From positions 124,001 to 170,358 of the forward strand of contig JABLTG010000018.1 of the NCBI GenBank assembly GCA_016618085.1: DNA of 46,358 bases, given 5' to 3'. Positions 11,075 through 22,693 of the stretch are shown here, one piece after another; the stretch's first letter is position 1; each line of letters opens with the position of its first letter. Source of the DNA: Neovahlkampfia damariscottae. Taxonomy: Eukaryota. The position numbers were made by a program, and so were the translations under genes. The notes under the pieces are model-generated. The model saw only the letters and a list, made by a program, of their open reading frames with translations, searched no databases and was not told the origin of the DNA.

Positions 11075-11481
11075 TCAGAAATCTCTTTTGAATTTGCAAC
11101 CTGATTTTTCGGCATTCCAAGTACCATCAAGAATCAAAACACTATTAAATTTGATCAATAACAATATTGAAATTACAAATCGATTAACCACCAAATCCTA
11201 AAGAGTTTAGAACAATGTGAGAATTTAATTTTTTACCATCCAAATAAACCAAAAGACAGAAAGGTAATTAGAAGTTTTAAGATACCTAACAATATATAAC
11301 CAGTATAAAAACGATCTACTCCGAGAGTACCGAGCATAATTGACAGAACAAAAACAACAATTTTACTTTTTGGTGCTGGACATTCACCTTGTTCAACTTT
11401 ATGGACACTACTCTCTTCAGCTAATGTATAACTACAGAATAAAGTGATAAATAAAAAAAACAAAATGATTTTTGTTTTCAT
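11075..11481 (-). CDS. TM2-domain membrane protein
   Basis: Signal peptide, then KSKIVVFVLSIMLGTLGVDRFYTG...GWIWWLIDFVLIL. Introns at 11198-11236 and 11142-11176 flank a 21-nt exon. Confidence 0.88.
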
Positions 11482-11720
11482 TACTCTTGAAAATTTGACG
11501 AATGAATGAGCAGATTTTTTTGAGAAAAAGAACAAATGTGAAAATAATTCTTTTCAAAAAAATTCTCACAAGACGAAATTAATTCTCACAACAAGAAGAA
11601 GAATGTAGATAAAAGAGGCCATTGAGATTCCCATTTTCGAATTTGGAGTACCATAATTGGGTAGTCAAATGTCCAAGTTAAGATAGACCAATTAAAACAT
11701 TTTCAGTCAGTTGTACACAC

Positions 11721-12653
11721 ATGATAAAGACAGAAAACAGATGTACTTTATGTGATGATACTGTGGTGGAGATTCTAAAGTTTCTGCCTTTCAAGAACAT
11801 CTTTCAGTTGTCAACTCTTTCCAGAAACATCTACAACATCATAAACTCAGAAGAGATGTTTGAAGAACTGATCAAAGTGTATGGTATTTATGTTGTGAAA
11901 AACAATAGAAAATATTGTTCCTATAAAGATCAGTTTCTCAGGAATGTGTTATATAACAACAATGAAAATAGAATTGCTCCAGAATGGTTTGAACAAAGAG
12001 AAGAAATTTTTGGACAATATGATGGAGTTACATGGAATTTATTAAAAAATAACGAAACGAGTATCAAAGAATTATATCAAGTTTTGCAAGAAGGATATAG
12101 GTATTTTCAACAATTTGTAAAATTCTCCGTCAATGAGAAATCAGAGTTTTTTTTGAAATCTCTGAACGAAATTCAATTGAAATTATCAAATACTTTAGAT
12201 TATCTTTTGTACTTATCACTTTCAAATGAATCAAAAATCCGAGAAGATGACATTTCAAAATTTATCAAATTATTTGGTGAATTAAACGAATTTGGTTTTG
12301 AAAACACAGAAATTTCTTTATTTAATCCTATTGCTCAGGACAACGAAATGAAAATTGCACACGTCAAAACTGAAGAATTGAGAATTTTATCTCAAATTAT
12401 TCACAAAGTTGAAATTATTGAAACCCAAAATACAAGTTATTTTCACTGGAACAAGAGTTATTTAGAATTTTATGATCATACACTTTATATACATTATCAT
12501 TATGAAAAATCAAAAACACAATCAATATTAGGAAAATTTGTCGAAATTGGTGATATCCAAAACGAGATTTCAACATTCATTGAAGAAGCAAAGAAATCGA
12601 AAAATCCAGACGAATTTCAATATAGTACTTATAATTATCTTCCATTTTGCTAA
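11721..12653 (+). CDS. F-box domain protein
   Basis: N-terminal LCDDTVVEILKFLPFKNIFQLSTLSRNIYNII fits the F-box consensus. Intronless. Confidence 0.75.
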   Translation: MIKTENRCTLCDDTVVEILKFLPFKNIFQLSTLSRNIYNIINSEEMFEELIKVYGIYVVKNNRKYCSYKDQFLRNVLYNNNENRIAPEWFEQREEIFGQYDGVTWNLLKNNETSIKELYQVLQEGYRYFQQFVKFSVNEKSEFFLKSLNEIQLKLSNTLDYLLYLSLSNESKIREDDISKFIKLFGELNEFGFENTEISLFNPIAQDNEMKIAHVKTEELRILSQIIHKVEIIETQNTSYFHWNKSYLEFYDHTLYIHYHYEKSKTQSILGKFVEIGDIQNEISTFIEEAKKSKNPDEFQYSTYNYLPFC

Positions 12654-12721
12654 ATTTGAACAATTTAAAAGCAAAATAAAGACGTTTTATTCAAAACTGT
12701 TTTTTCCATCAACCTGATTAT

Positions 12722-13669
12722 TTATTTCTTTGAAATTTTTGTGGCAACTCCAAAATGATCACTTGGAAATAAATATTCCTGTTTATGAAATCAATTATTT
12801 TTTTTGTAATTTACTTTTGGATCTCTCCAGAGATTGAATGAAAAATAATCACAAATGTGACTTGATATAGATCGAAATGGTCTTTTTACATAATATAGAT
12901 AATCTGTTGTTTCTTCAATTTTTCCATAAATTGGTTCATTTGCAAATATACAAATTTCATTAGCCTCTAATATTTCACTCTTCATTAAAATTCTGTCAAG
13001 TCTCACCTGCAAAGAAAAAGGTAATAATGGCCATAATTCACCATGCATTTTATTTGAAACAGAATCAAATGTATATCCTTCCTCATTTTTTCGAAGTTTT
13101 GTCCATAAATCTTCGAATCCATTTTTAATGCACTCATCTTCTGATGAAAACATAAAATTTAAATCTCCTAAGAAAATGAAAGATGAATTTTTCTTAAAAT
13201 CTTTGAAAATATCATAGATTTGTTCCATTTCATCTTTTCTAGTGTTGTAGAAAGTAGCTCCAGCTTTCAAATGCATTGAACAAACATACAAGGATAATTT
13301 CTCATCTTTGTCATCTGTATCAAATTCAATCTCAGCAATTACAATTTTTCTACTAATAAATGTAATTTTTTTATAATCTACAGATTTAAAAGGAAATTTT
13401 GAAAGTATCAAATTTCCAAATGGTTTTCCTGATAATTCTGACATATGATATTCCTTTTGTATCCATTCAAAATTTTTTAACATTGAAATATAATCTTTTG
13501 AAACTTCATTTAAACATAGAATATCAAAATTATTTTTTTGAAAAATATCAAATTGATGTAAGTATCTCTCAATTGAACATGCAATATGAGGTACGTATTC
13601 TTTGTGGTTTATTATATTTGACATTACATTGAATGTAGCAACAGAAATAGATGATGGAAATTTTGACAT
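12722..13669 (-). CDS. EEP (exonuclease/endonuclease/phosphatase) family enzyme, TDP2-like
   Basis: ATFNV, LCLNEV, SMHL, LGDLN, RLDRI and, after a 36-nt intron (12779-12814), FPSDHFGV. Confidence 0.88.
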
Positions 13670-13741
13670 GTCGGTATGAACTCTGTTTCAAAAAAAAAAG
13701 ATTAATGCCTGTTGATTGGTTGATAAAAATAGATTATGAAT

Positions 13742-15310
13742 TTATTTTTTTGTTATTTTAATATGAATTTCAAGATTATTTTGAACTTGTTGATTAAATC
13801 TAAAATACAAAAAGTTTCGTCTTTTTATCATGTTCAATGATTCAGCAGGATTGATATTCACTTCATATTGATGATCATAATTCAATTTCTCATTCAAAAA
13901 GATTTCTGTAACATTATTTTTTACATTATCAAAATTTGTTAAAAAATGTAAATTGAATTCATTTGTGTCAGGATTGTATTTCATTGATTTTGTTTCACCA
14001 GCAATTCTAACAGCATAGGTTCTTGTTAAACTTTTAATTCTATCATCATATTCACCATTTACTACTTTAGGAAGATGTAAAATTTGCCAATAAGCCCAAG
14101 ATTCAATTTCTCTATCGCAACCGTTTAATATAAAATCCATATCTTTGATATAGATTGGGTTGTTTAATTCACCATCAATTGCACCAAATTCAGTCAAGAA
14201 TCTACCTACTTTTAATCTTTTGACATCTTTATTTTTCAAAAATTGATAATAGTTATATCCAGTTTTACATACAAGTTCACCTGAACCAACAGGTTCCACA
14301 GGGCAATACCAATGATGGGACAATACATTTCTATCACTATATGTAATTCCACCAGGTTGATGTTTAAAACCAGTTTCAAAAACATTGTTGACAGCAGGTT
14401 CAAAAAAGATGATATGTTCATTGTCCTCTGAACGAATAGCTAAATGTAATTTATCATAGAGTGGTTGAAGATTTAAAAGATCACCAAGATATGGATTCAA
14501 AAATAATTTTGGATTTTGAAAAATATCACCACCCCATGGTTCATTAATCAATTCATATCCAAGAACATATTTGTGATTTTTGAAATGTTTAGCAATAGTT
14601 TTCCACATCATAATGAAATGATCTTGGACTCTATTTACATTATCATAAAATGTTTGAAAATTTGATGATACTCTTCTTGAGAAATAATACATTTGAAAAG
14701 CATATTTTGCACATTCACCTTTTGCAGGCATTCTTGTTTGATTATCAATTTTAAAACCATGTTCTGATATAGGTATTGGAAATGCTGGATATCCAACGTT
14801 TTTATCTAATAATTTTACAACCTGTAAATTTTTGACAGTTAATGATTTTTTTTTTTTTTTTCAAACCCAAAGTGGAGCTCCATCACCACAGTAAATGGAG
14901 GAAAACAAATCTTGATGCATATCTAATAAAGTATAAATACCTCCTTCACCTAATTTATCAACAATTTTTGTAAGTTCATTGAGATAAGTGTAGTTATATT
15001 TTCCTTGAACTGGTTCAAAGCCTTCCCAGAGAATTCCAAGTCTATCATTTGTTTAGTGTTATTTTTTGATATACCTGAGCATATTCCAACCAGCTTCACT
15101 GTTCATATTGTTTTCTTTTGGTTTTTTTGGGTCTTTAAAAAACCATTCTAATTCAGGATAAAATGGGTGACTCTTTTCAACTGCGTTTTGACCATGGAAC
15201 ACCATAACTCTTCCAAATTCATCTATAAATTCTCCTTTTTTGTTTACTTTGATTATAGCAAAGATGGAAGTTGAAATCAACAATAAAAGAACGACAACAA
15301 ATTTTTTCAT
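13742..15310 (-). CDS. Endoglycoceramidase-like glycoside hydrolase family 5, secreted
   Basis: Signal peptide; FIDEFGRVMVFHGQN, GWNMLR|LGILWEGFEP, LLDMHQD, GDGAP, YELINEP (acid/base) and LTEFG (nucleophile). Introns at 15042-15074 and 14822-14866. Confidence 0.9.
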
Positions 15311-15429
15311 CTTCCAATGAGTTGTCAAATGAATCTGATTGGATAATTACAACTGAGGTGTATTTCATGTGGTTGTAACTCTGGATGAAAACAATATGAA
15401 AGTGATCAAATTTCGAAGCTAACTGGATT

Positions 15430-16701
15430 CTACAAGCTCAGGTCATCCATTAACATCTCAACTGCTTTTGAAACATCTCCTTCACAATCTAATAAACATT
15501 CCAAATTCTGTTTTCTATCAGAAAATCCCATATTTTCCAACATTTGTAAAGGATCTGTCATTTCACTGTTTTCATAGAAATTTGAATTTTGAATGTTTGA
15601 TATATCTTCATGGATCGTTTCTTCATGATCTTTTGATTCTTGAAGTTCAATATACAATGGAACTTCATTTAATTCTTTTGACTTGATTTTTTTATTTTCA
15701 TTTGATTTGGTAAGACTTATTTTTTTAGCATCATTTTCTGGTATATTAATTTTAAATGACTTATTATTTGAAATTTTGATTGGAAATTTGGTTGATATCT
15801 CCAAATGAACTGTGGGATTAAAAGAAAAGTTAGTTGAAATTTGATTTGTAGTTTGGAACTTGAAAGACTAATTTTGACTGGATTAGAAATATAATAGGTG
15901 ATTTACGTTCACATATGTTTCGAATTTAAGTTTCACTTCATTTTTTTGTTGATTAAAATTTTCATAAATTTGAAATTTCTGATAAATTTCATTGACATTT
16001 CTTGTGGTTTCTGAAATCTCATGAACCTTCTCAAGTTCCGAAAGAATTGAATTTCCTGTTTTTTATATTAATATGTGTTTAAATATTACCATTTTTTGAT
16101 GCTAAACTGTTTAATTGAGCCAATGATTTTTCTTTTTCGTCTTCAAGTTTTTGATGTGCATCATCATAAAATTTCTCAATTTTTTGTTTCATTTTATTTG
16201 TATTTTCTATCAAATCTTGTTTTTTTTTCAATAATTTCGATGAAACTTGGTCGATATTACGATTTAACATGTTCAAAGATTTGAGTGTTGAATTTGAAGT
16301 TTGGAGGTTTTCATCAATCTTTTTTGTTGAATGGAATTTTTTAAGACGATGAACTGAATGTTTTTCATCACATGACTGACATAAATAACCACAAACAGTA
16401 CAAAAATTAGTTGCTAAGTTTACACAATCAACTTCGTCTGTGTTGTGTGAAAAAATTAAAAAAAAAATAAATTACCACAATTTGGGTGACACAACATAAT
16501 GGTAGGAGTTTTTTCTATTGGATGTGAACAAACAACACATGTATCTAATTCTTTTAACTTTTTTTTTTTACCTTCAACACATTCATCACAAACAAGATGA
16601 AAACATTCAGGTAATTTGAAAGGAACTTCTTGATTTCGACAATTGCAACAATGACAAATATCTGTTACCAAAAAAACACCTTCAGCTAATTCTTTGTTCA
16701 T
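15430..16701 (-). CDS. RING + B-box + coiled-coil + UBA protein (TRIM-like E3 ligase)
   Basis: RING (LPECFHLVCDEC...CVVC), B-box (CDEVDC...FCTVCGYLCQSCDEKH...H), coiled coil and C-terminal UBA (LENMGFSDRKQNLECL...DVSKAVEML). Introns at 16438-16475, 16056-16089 and 15868-15906. Confidence 0.8.
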
Positions 16702-16762
16702 TTCTAGATGATTGAATTTCATTGGACAATAAACTTGAACCAACGCTTCACCAAATTAAATT

Positions 16763-18290
16763 TTATTTTTTCAATTTTTTGAATTCAACTTGAATTTTTG
16801 TTGGGGATTGAAATAAACCTGAAGAAGGTGCTACATCAACAATTTCATGAGGATTTGTCATTATAACTTCATAATTCATCAATAATTCAGTAAAAAATAT
16901 TTTTTGCTCCATTAATGAAAAATTATTTCCAATACAGACTCTAGAACCTGAAGAAAATGGAATCCAAGCATAATGAGGAATTTTTTTCTGAGTGTTTTTA
17001 TCCCATCTCTCTGGAATGAATTTGTCAGGATTTTCATAATACTCTTCATTTGTATGAATATCTAATGCAGATACTCTTATAATAGTTCCTTTTGGCAAGA
17101 AATAATCACCCAGTGTGGTATTTTTTGTTGTAATTTTTGCTGGAATTGATGCAATAGGAGGATACATCCTGAGTAATTCTTTAATGAACATCATTAGATA
17201 AGGTAATTTTTCGATTGATTCAGTGTCTACTTTTTCTATATTTTCAAAAATTTCTTTTCTTAATTTCTTTTGAATTTCAGGATATTTTGCAAGAATTTGA
17301 ATTCCAAATGCTAAAGCACTTGCAGTACTAAAAAATTGTTAAACAAAAAAAAAATTATTACGTTTCATGACCTGCAAGAAATAATACTGCAACATTGTCC
17401 AAAATTTCAATTTGTGAAATTTTATCTTCATCTTCATTTTCCAACCAAGATTCAACCATTAAATCAAGAAGTGAATAATCTTCACTTTTTATTTTCTTTT
17501 CTTTAATGTTATTTTTTGAGATTTCAACCAAAGAAGCTTTAAAATCTTTCCAAATTTTCAATTGTTTCAATGTTTCTTGAGTTGTTGACAATGAATCAAA
17601 ATGATGAGTGAATATGGCAGGAAGAGCTTTTTTAAAATCAAAAAATATTCCCATCAAATAATTATAACTGGTTAATTCTTCATTTTCTTTCATTGATGTT
17701 GATTTAAAATCATATCCAAAGATTGCTAAACCTAAAATGTCCAAAGCCATCGTTTGAGTGTACTTATGAACATCATCAACAATTGGTCCATCTTTTTCAA
17801 TCATTTGATTCATAACTTCAGCTGTTTTCTTAGAGAATATATCAAAATACTTTCCAATTGATTTAAAAGCAGGATCTAAAACTTTTCTTTGTCTTTTCCA
17901 ATCAGTTCCATTAACAGCCACCAAATTATCATGCCCTATGAATTCTGATGTATATTTTACCACGTTTAAAAGATAATGATGATATGTTTCTGTGTCGTTC
18001 AAGACTTGTTTTGCTAAAATCGCGTCTCGAACAATTACAATCAATTTGAATGGTGAAAAAATGTTTGTCAATGGTTTTCCTAATTTTCTATGTAATTTTT
18101 GAGTTAAATGTACTGCTGAAACATTCTTTTGAGTCAATAAAAACCAAGGTGTAAAAAAAATTGAGTTTCCTTGAATAACTTCACCTGTTTTGAGATTATA
18201 TACCTTTCTTCTTTGAAAATAGTCGCTGAACCAAAGTAAAGAGACGATCAAAACTCCTAGTGACAAAAGCACACCCACCAAACAAAACAT
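16763..18290 (-). CDS. Cytochrome P450
   Basis: N-terminal transmembrane anchor, WKRQRK, AGHET|T (34-nt intron 17328-17361), KELLR (ExxR), PERW and heme motif FSSGSRVCIG. Confidence 0.96.
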
Positions 18291-18473
18291 CGAATTACCA
18301 AAAAATGGCTATTTTGATTTTTTAAAGGTGTTTTATTGGTATATTTCAAAAAACCGAATATTGTTGAAAAAACAACGAAAAAAAATAAAAAAATGGTATG
18401 AAGTGTGGGTTTTTTTTTGACCAATCATTTTCTTTTTTTTCAACTTTTTCAACAAACAAAAAAACTCTTCCAA

Positions 18474-19486
18474 ATGATAGACTTGCATGTTTGCATCAAA
18501 AAGATATCTAAAGGTGAAATACTGGATGAATATGAAGTAAAATTCATCTGTGAAAAAGTAACTGAACTTTTTGCTGCAGAAGCAAATATACAAGAACTTT
18601 CAAGTCCAATAACCATAGTTGGTGATATTCATGGGTACATTTATCTTTTATTTTTTAAAACTACAAAAGACAATTTGAAGATCTTTTAGAACTTTTTGCG
18701 ATTGGAGGAAAAGTTCCAGACACAAATTATTTATTTCTTGGCGATTATGTTGACAGAGGAGAAGGTAGTGTTGAGTGTATTTCCTTACTTGTGTGTTATA
18801 AACTTTTATATGGGAAAAGAATTACTCTATTGAGAGGAAATCATGAATCAAAAAAAATAACAAAAGTTTATGGATTTTACACGGAATGTGTACTTAAATA
18901 TGGAAATGCGAATGTATGGAATCATTTTACTACTATGTTTGATTATATTCCACTCGGAGCCCTGATAGATAAAAAAATTTTTTGCATTCATGGAGGATTA
19001 TCAAGATACATCACAACTATTGATCAAATCAGAGTTTTAAATAGATTTAAAGATATACCAGATGAAGGACCTCTTACTGATTTACTTTGGTCAGATCCAG
19101 ATCCAGACATTGTGTCACCAAAAGGATACAAAAATAATAATTGGAACAGGTAGGTTTTTCAAATAATTAACATTTTTTTGAACAGAGGAGTTGGTTGTAG
19201 ATTTAATGGAGAAGCTGTTAAAACATTTCTTCAAAATAATGATGTTGATCATATCGTAAGAACCCATCAATTGTGTATGGAAGGATATCAATTATTATTT
19301 GATAATACATTGAGTACAATTTGGAGTGCACCAAATTATTGTTATAGATGTGGAAATTTAGGTTGTATTTTGGAAATTGATGATAGTAAAAATATGTTTT
19401 ATAATACTTATGATCATGCTCCAAATCAGAAAAAAATGACATCTGTTATAAACAGGAAAACGAATCATTCAGATTATTTTTTATAA
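18474..19486 (+). CDS. PPP-family Ser/Thr phosphatase catalytic subunit (PP2A/PP4/PP6 group, PPG1-like)
   Basis: [31 protein letters not shown] and C-terminal DYFL. Introns at 18635-18669 and 19150-19185. Confidence 0.94.
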
Positions 19487-19494
19487 AAAATATT

Positions 19495-20727
19495 TTATTC
19501 TCTTGATTTACAATCACATTTTTCACAACAAAGTTGTTTTATGACTTTCATTTGATTTCTAAAGAAACTAACTGTTGAATTGAATAATGCTATTTCTTCA
19601 ATTGGTTCTCCTCTTAATTTGAGAATTTTTTCATCTTGTTCAATTGAAAAGGTTTTCAATGGCATTGAATAAAATAGTAAAATGTATAAAGTTACATATT
19701 TCATGTCTATTCCATCAATAATTAATGTTTTATACAAATTTGTTTGTTTTGCTTGTTCATAAAGTTTTTCTATAATAATAGCACTTTCATTTGTTCCTAT
19801 TTCAACAAATACATGAAATACTTCATCAAATACTGATTTTAATTCTTCAATTTTGGCATCAAATTTATCGTCACATAATGTTTTTGAAACATGTTTGAAA
19901 TATTGATTTGAAAAAGATTGGAATTGATCAGGACTAGCTTTGATTTTATAAAACAATGAAAATTGTTCTCTTTTTCCTGTTTTAATTCTTGCGTAACCTC
20001 TTGGTAGACCGGTAGCGGAGTCTTTTGGTTGCATTGATTCCCACAGAAGTTTTGTGTCACCTTTGAATTATTTAATTTTTAAAAAAGTGTCTTACACCAA
20101 TAAGGTGGGTATTTAAATCTTGCAACGTCCAAAATTAAAACTTTATCCAATTCTTCATTATAACCACCTTTGAAAATTAATCTCTAATTTTTTTTTTTAC
20201 CAAAAGGACTAAAGTGACCAGAACCAGTTTGTTTAAGAGTTGCTCTATCATATGAAATAGCTAAAAATTCGTTTGTCATTTTTGCATGTTTTTTCAAATC
20301 TTCTCTAAATTCTTCAAGTGTTACTTTGTCACCAAAAATAATTTCACAATTAGCTCCATTACAGTTAGATAAACACTTGAATTCAAATATTGTAATACCA
20401 TCTTTTTTAATTTCCTTTGAAAATGAAAAAAAAAAGTTTTTTTACTTCAAGATTTTTACAACAGTTCAGTAACTCTTCTGAGAACCACCTCCATGGACCT
20501 TTCCAAGTTCTTTTTGGATCAACCCCAAGAGCGTTTAAAATAACAACTAAGGTACCAAGTCCGCAATATGCAGGTTCACCTTGAGTATGAAATTGTTCAA
20601 TCAAAGGAAAGAAACATTCCATATTTTCTTCTTCCAATGATTTTTTGAATATTTTCTTTCCTTCTGGTGAACTAAATGTGATTAAAGTATCTGGTATTTC
20701 TCTTTGATAAAAAGTTTTTGGTAACAT
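19495..20727 (-). CDS. PCS: Phytochelatin synthase (glutathione gamma-glutamylcysteinyltransferase)
   Basis: [35 protein letters not shown] and [14 protein letters not shown] supply the Cys-His-Asp triad. Introns at 20415-20445, 20168-20200 and 20061-20095. Confidence 0.95.
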
Positions 20728-20970
20728 CTTCTTGAGAACAGTTCAATGTTTGACCAATCGGAGTTAGCTGTTAAAAAAAGTGCAACACAAAATGAAACTA
20801 ATTTGACTTCAGTTTTATGATTCAAAACTGTAATAGATTGAATAAGTAATCCTTGTTGAAACTGAAAGATTGAAAAACAATTTTTCAAAGGAAAAAAAAA
20901 GTAAGAGCACATGATGCAGCAAAAGAAAAAAAAATTTCTTCGTTATCAGTTGATGAAATAAACTTCAAGT

Positions 20971-21566
20971 TTATAATTCCAGCTTTAAATTTGGTTCATG
21001 TTTCCAAGATAATTCTGTATGATTTTTTTGTAGTTTTTCTAATTTTTCTAGTATTTCTGCAGGAAAAGGTTCAAGCTTTCTTTCTTTTAAATTTGAAAAG
21101 GCGAAAATTCCTTCACAAAATGAAGAAACTTCATTTTGATTCAACAAGTAAAAATAAAAATGTACTCTTTTTTTTGATTTTGAAATATTGATAATTCTAA
21201 AATGTGTAGAAACATTTTCTTTGTAGTGCACTTCTTTTAAGTAATGGACATCATGTCTGAGCATAAAGCAACCTTTTGAATTATTTTGGATAAATTCTTT
21301 TGTTATTCCAAGCTGTTTTAATAATTCATAAGCGCTATCATCATATATACCAACGTAATGTCTTTATGTAAAAAAATTAAGTTCCACAAACCTCACCTAA
21401 AAAGGTAACTTTTTAGTGAGAAAACAATTACATTCAAATGACCCATTAAATCCAAATGTTGTTTCTGTATCGTGAATTTATCGATTAATTTCGGCAAAGA
21501 TTTTGATATCAAATCACCAGAAAGTGTTTTGTTCAAATTAAAAATTGTCCTCTTGAAGAAATTCAT
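20971..21566 (-). CDS. Hot-dog fold acyl-CoA thioesterase (4HBT/YbgC-like), possible mitochondrial targeting peptide
   Basis: Splicing introns 21397-21431 and 21362-21391 around a 5-nt exon gives HLDLMGHLNVRHYVGIYDD...HDVHYLKEV. The N-terminus is basic and nearly acid-free. Confidence 0.82.
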
Positions 21567-21655
21567 GTGTGAAATGTTGTGTTAAAAATTTTCGGAGTTT
21601 CTTGACCAACCAAAATTTGATTCATAAGTAAAATTTATTACTTGTTAATGATACA

Positions 21656-22272
21656 TTAATCTTTTTTTTCGTCTTGATTTAATACTTCTTCGTCAATCAT
21701 TTTTTCAATATAAGGAGCAAAATGACCCTTGTATTTCATTCTTAATTCTTTTTTTTTCCAATCTGATGAAGTGATATATTTTCTACATGTCTTTGCACCA
21801 CATAAACATTCTTCAATGGTGGTATCAAATGTTTCACTTGTTCCATAATCAAAAGTGATATCCTCACCTTCTTTAATGTCTCTGGAAGCAACGAATTCAA
21901 AATCATTCCCATCAAACCAATTTGTAGGTTCACAAGAGTGATTGCTAAAAAGTTAAAAAAAATCGGTTGGTAAATTTCTTACCAAAAAATACTGAAATCT
22001 TTTTCGGTACTTTTTACACCTCTCATTCTTGTTTTACTAATTTGATAAGCATAGTGATGAAAGTTTTCTTTTTCTTCCTCTTCCCATTTTTCAACTTCTT
22101 CTATATCTTTCTCCATCATGTTGTCATCAGCAACTCCTCTCCAACAAATTTCACCTTTTTTGATCGGTTCAGTTGCATATAAACCGTATCCACCAAACTC
22201 GGGCAATTCTTTTCTTGCAATTTTCTTGTTGAGTGTGTAAAATGGTCCTTCACCAAATGTTACTTCTGTCAT
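21656..22272 (-). CDS. Small SET + post-SET domain methyltransferase
   Basis: GYGLYATEPIKKGE, FC|NHSCEP (38-nt intron 21945-21982), ASRDIKEGEDITFDY and post-SET CLCGAKTCR. Confidence 0.9.
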
Positions 22273-22693
22273 ACTTTTTGATTGTTCTGCTTGTCCAATC
22301 AAAATATTGGAAACCCTTTCTATAATTTTTCAATCAACCGAAAATTTTTATTCATTGGTCAAATTTCGAGATATTTAATTCTAAACAACCTCCAAATGCA
22401 AAAAAATTCTAAAACCACATTTTTTTCTTTCAATCCGACCATTGGTTTAAACCTCAGTGATTCTAAAATAAAAACGAATGATGAACATTATCACGATGGT
22501 CTAATGAACGTATTCAATGATTATAAAAATACTCTTGTATTTATTGTCTGACTAGTTTTTTATTTTTGAGATTTTCCAAAATTTGATGGAACAGGAGTTT
22601 CCTGTTTGGTTGTTTTATTCTCCAAAAAAAAAGATTTTGGTGATTTTTTATTTGTCGGAATTTCCACAAATCAAAAATCATCTTGTTCTCCTC

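Noticed and set aside
15347..15379. Short inverted repeat TTACAAC...GTTGTAA
   Set aside because: A 7-bp AT-rich stem is expected by chance.
16763..22272. P450, phosphatase, PCS, thioesterase and SET genes as a functional cluster
   Set aside because: There is no shared pathway logic. Adjacency is expected in such a gene-dense genome.
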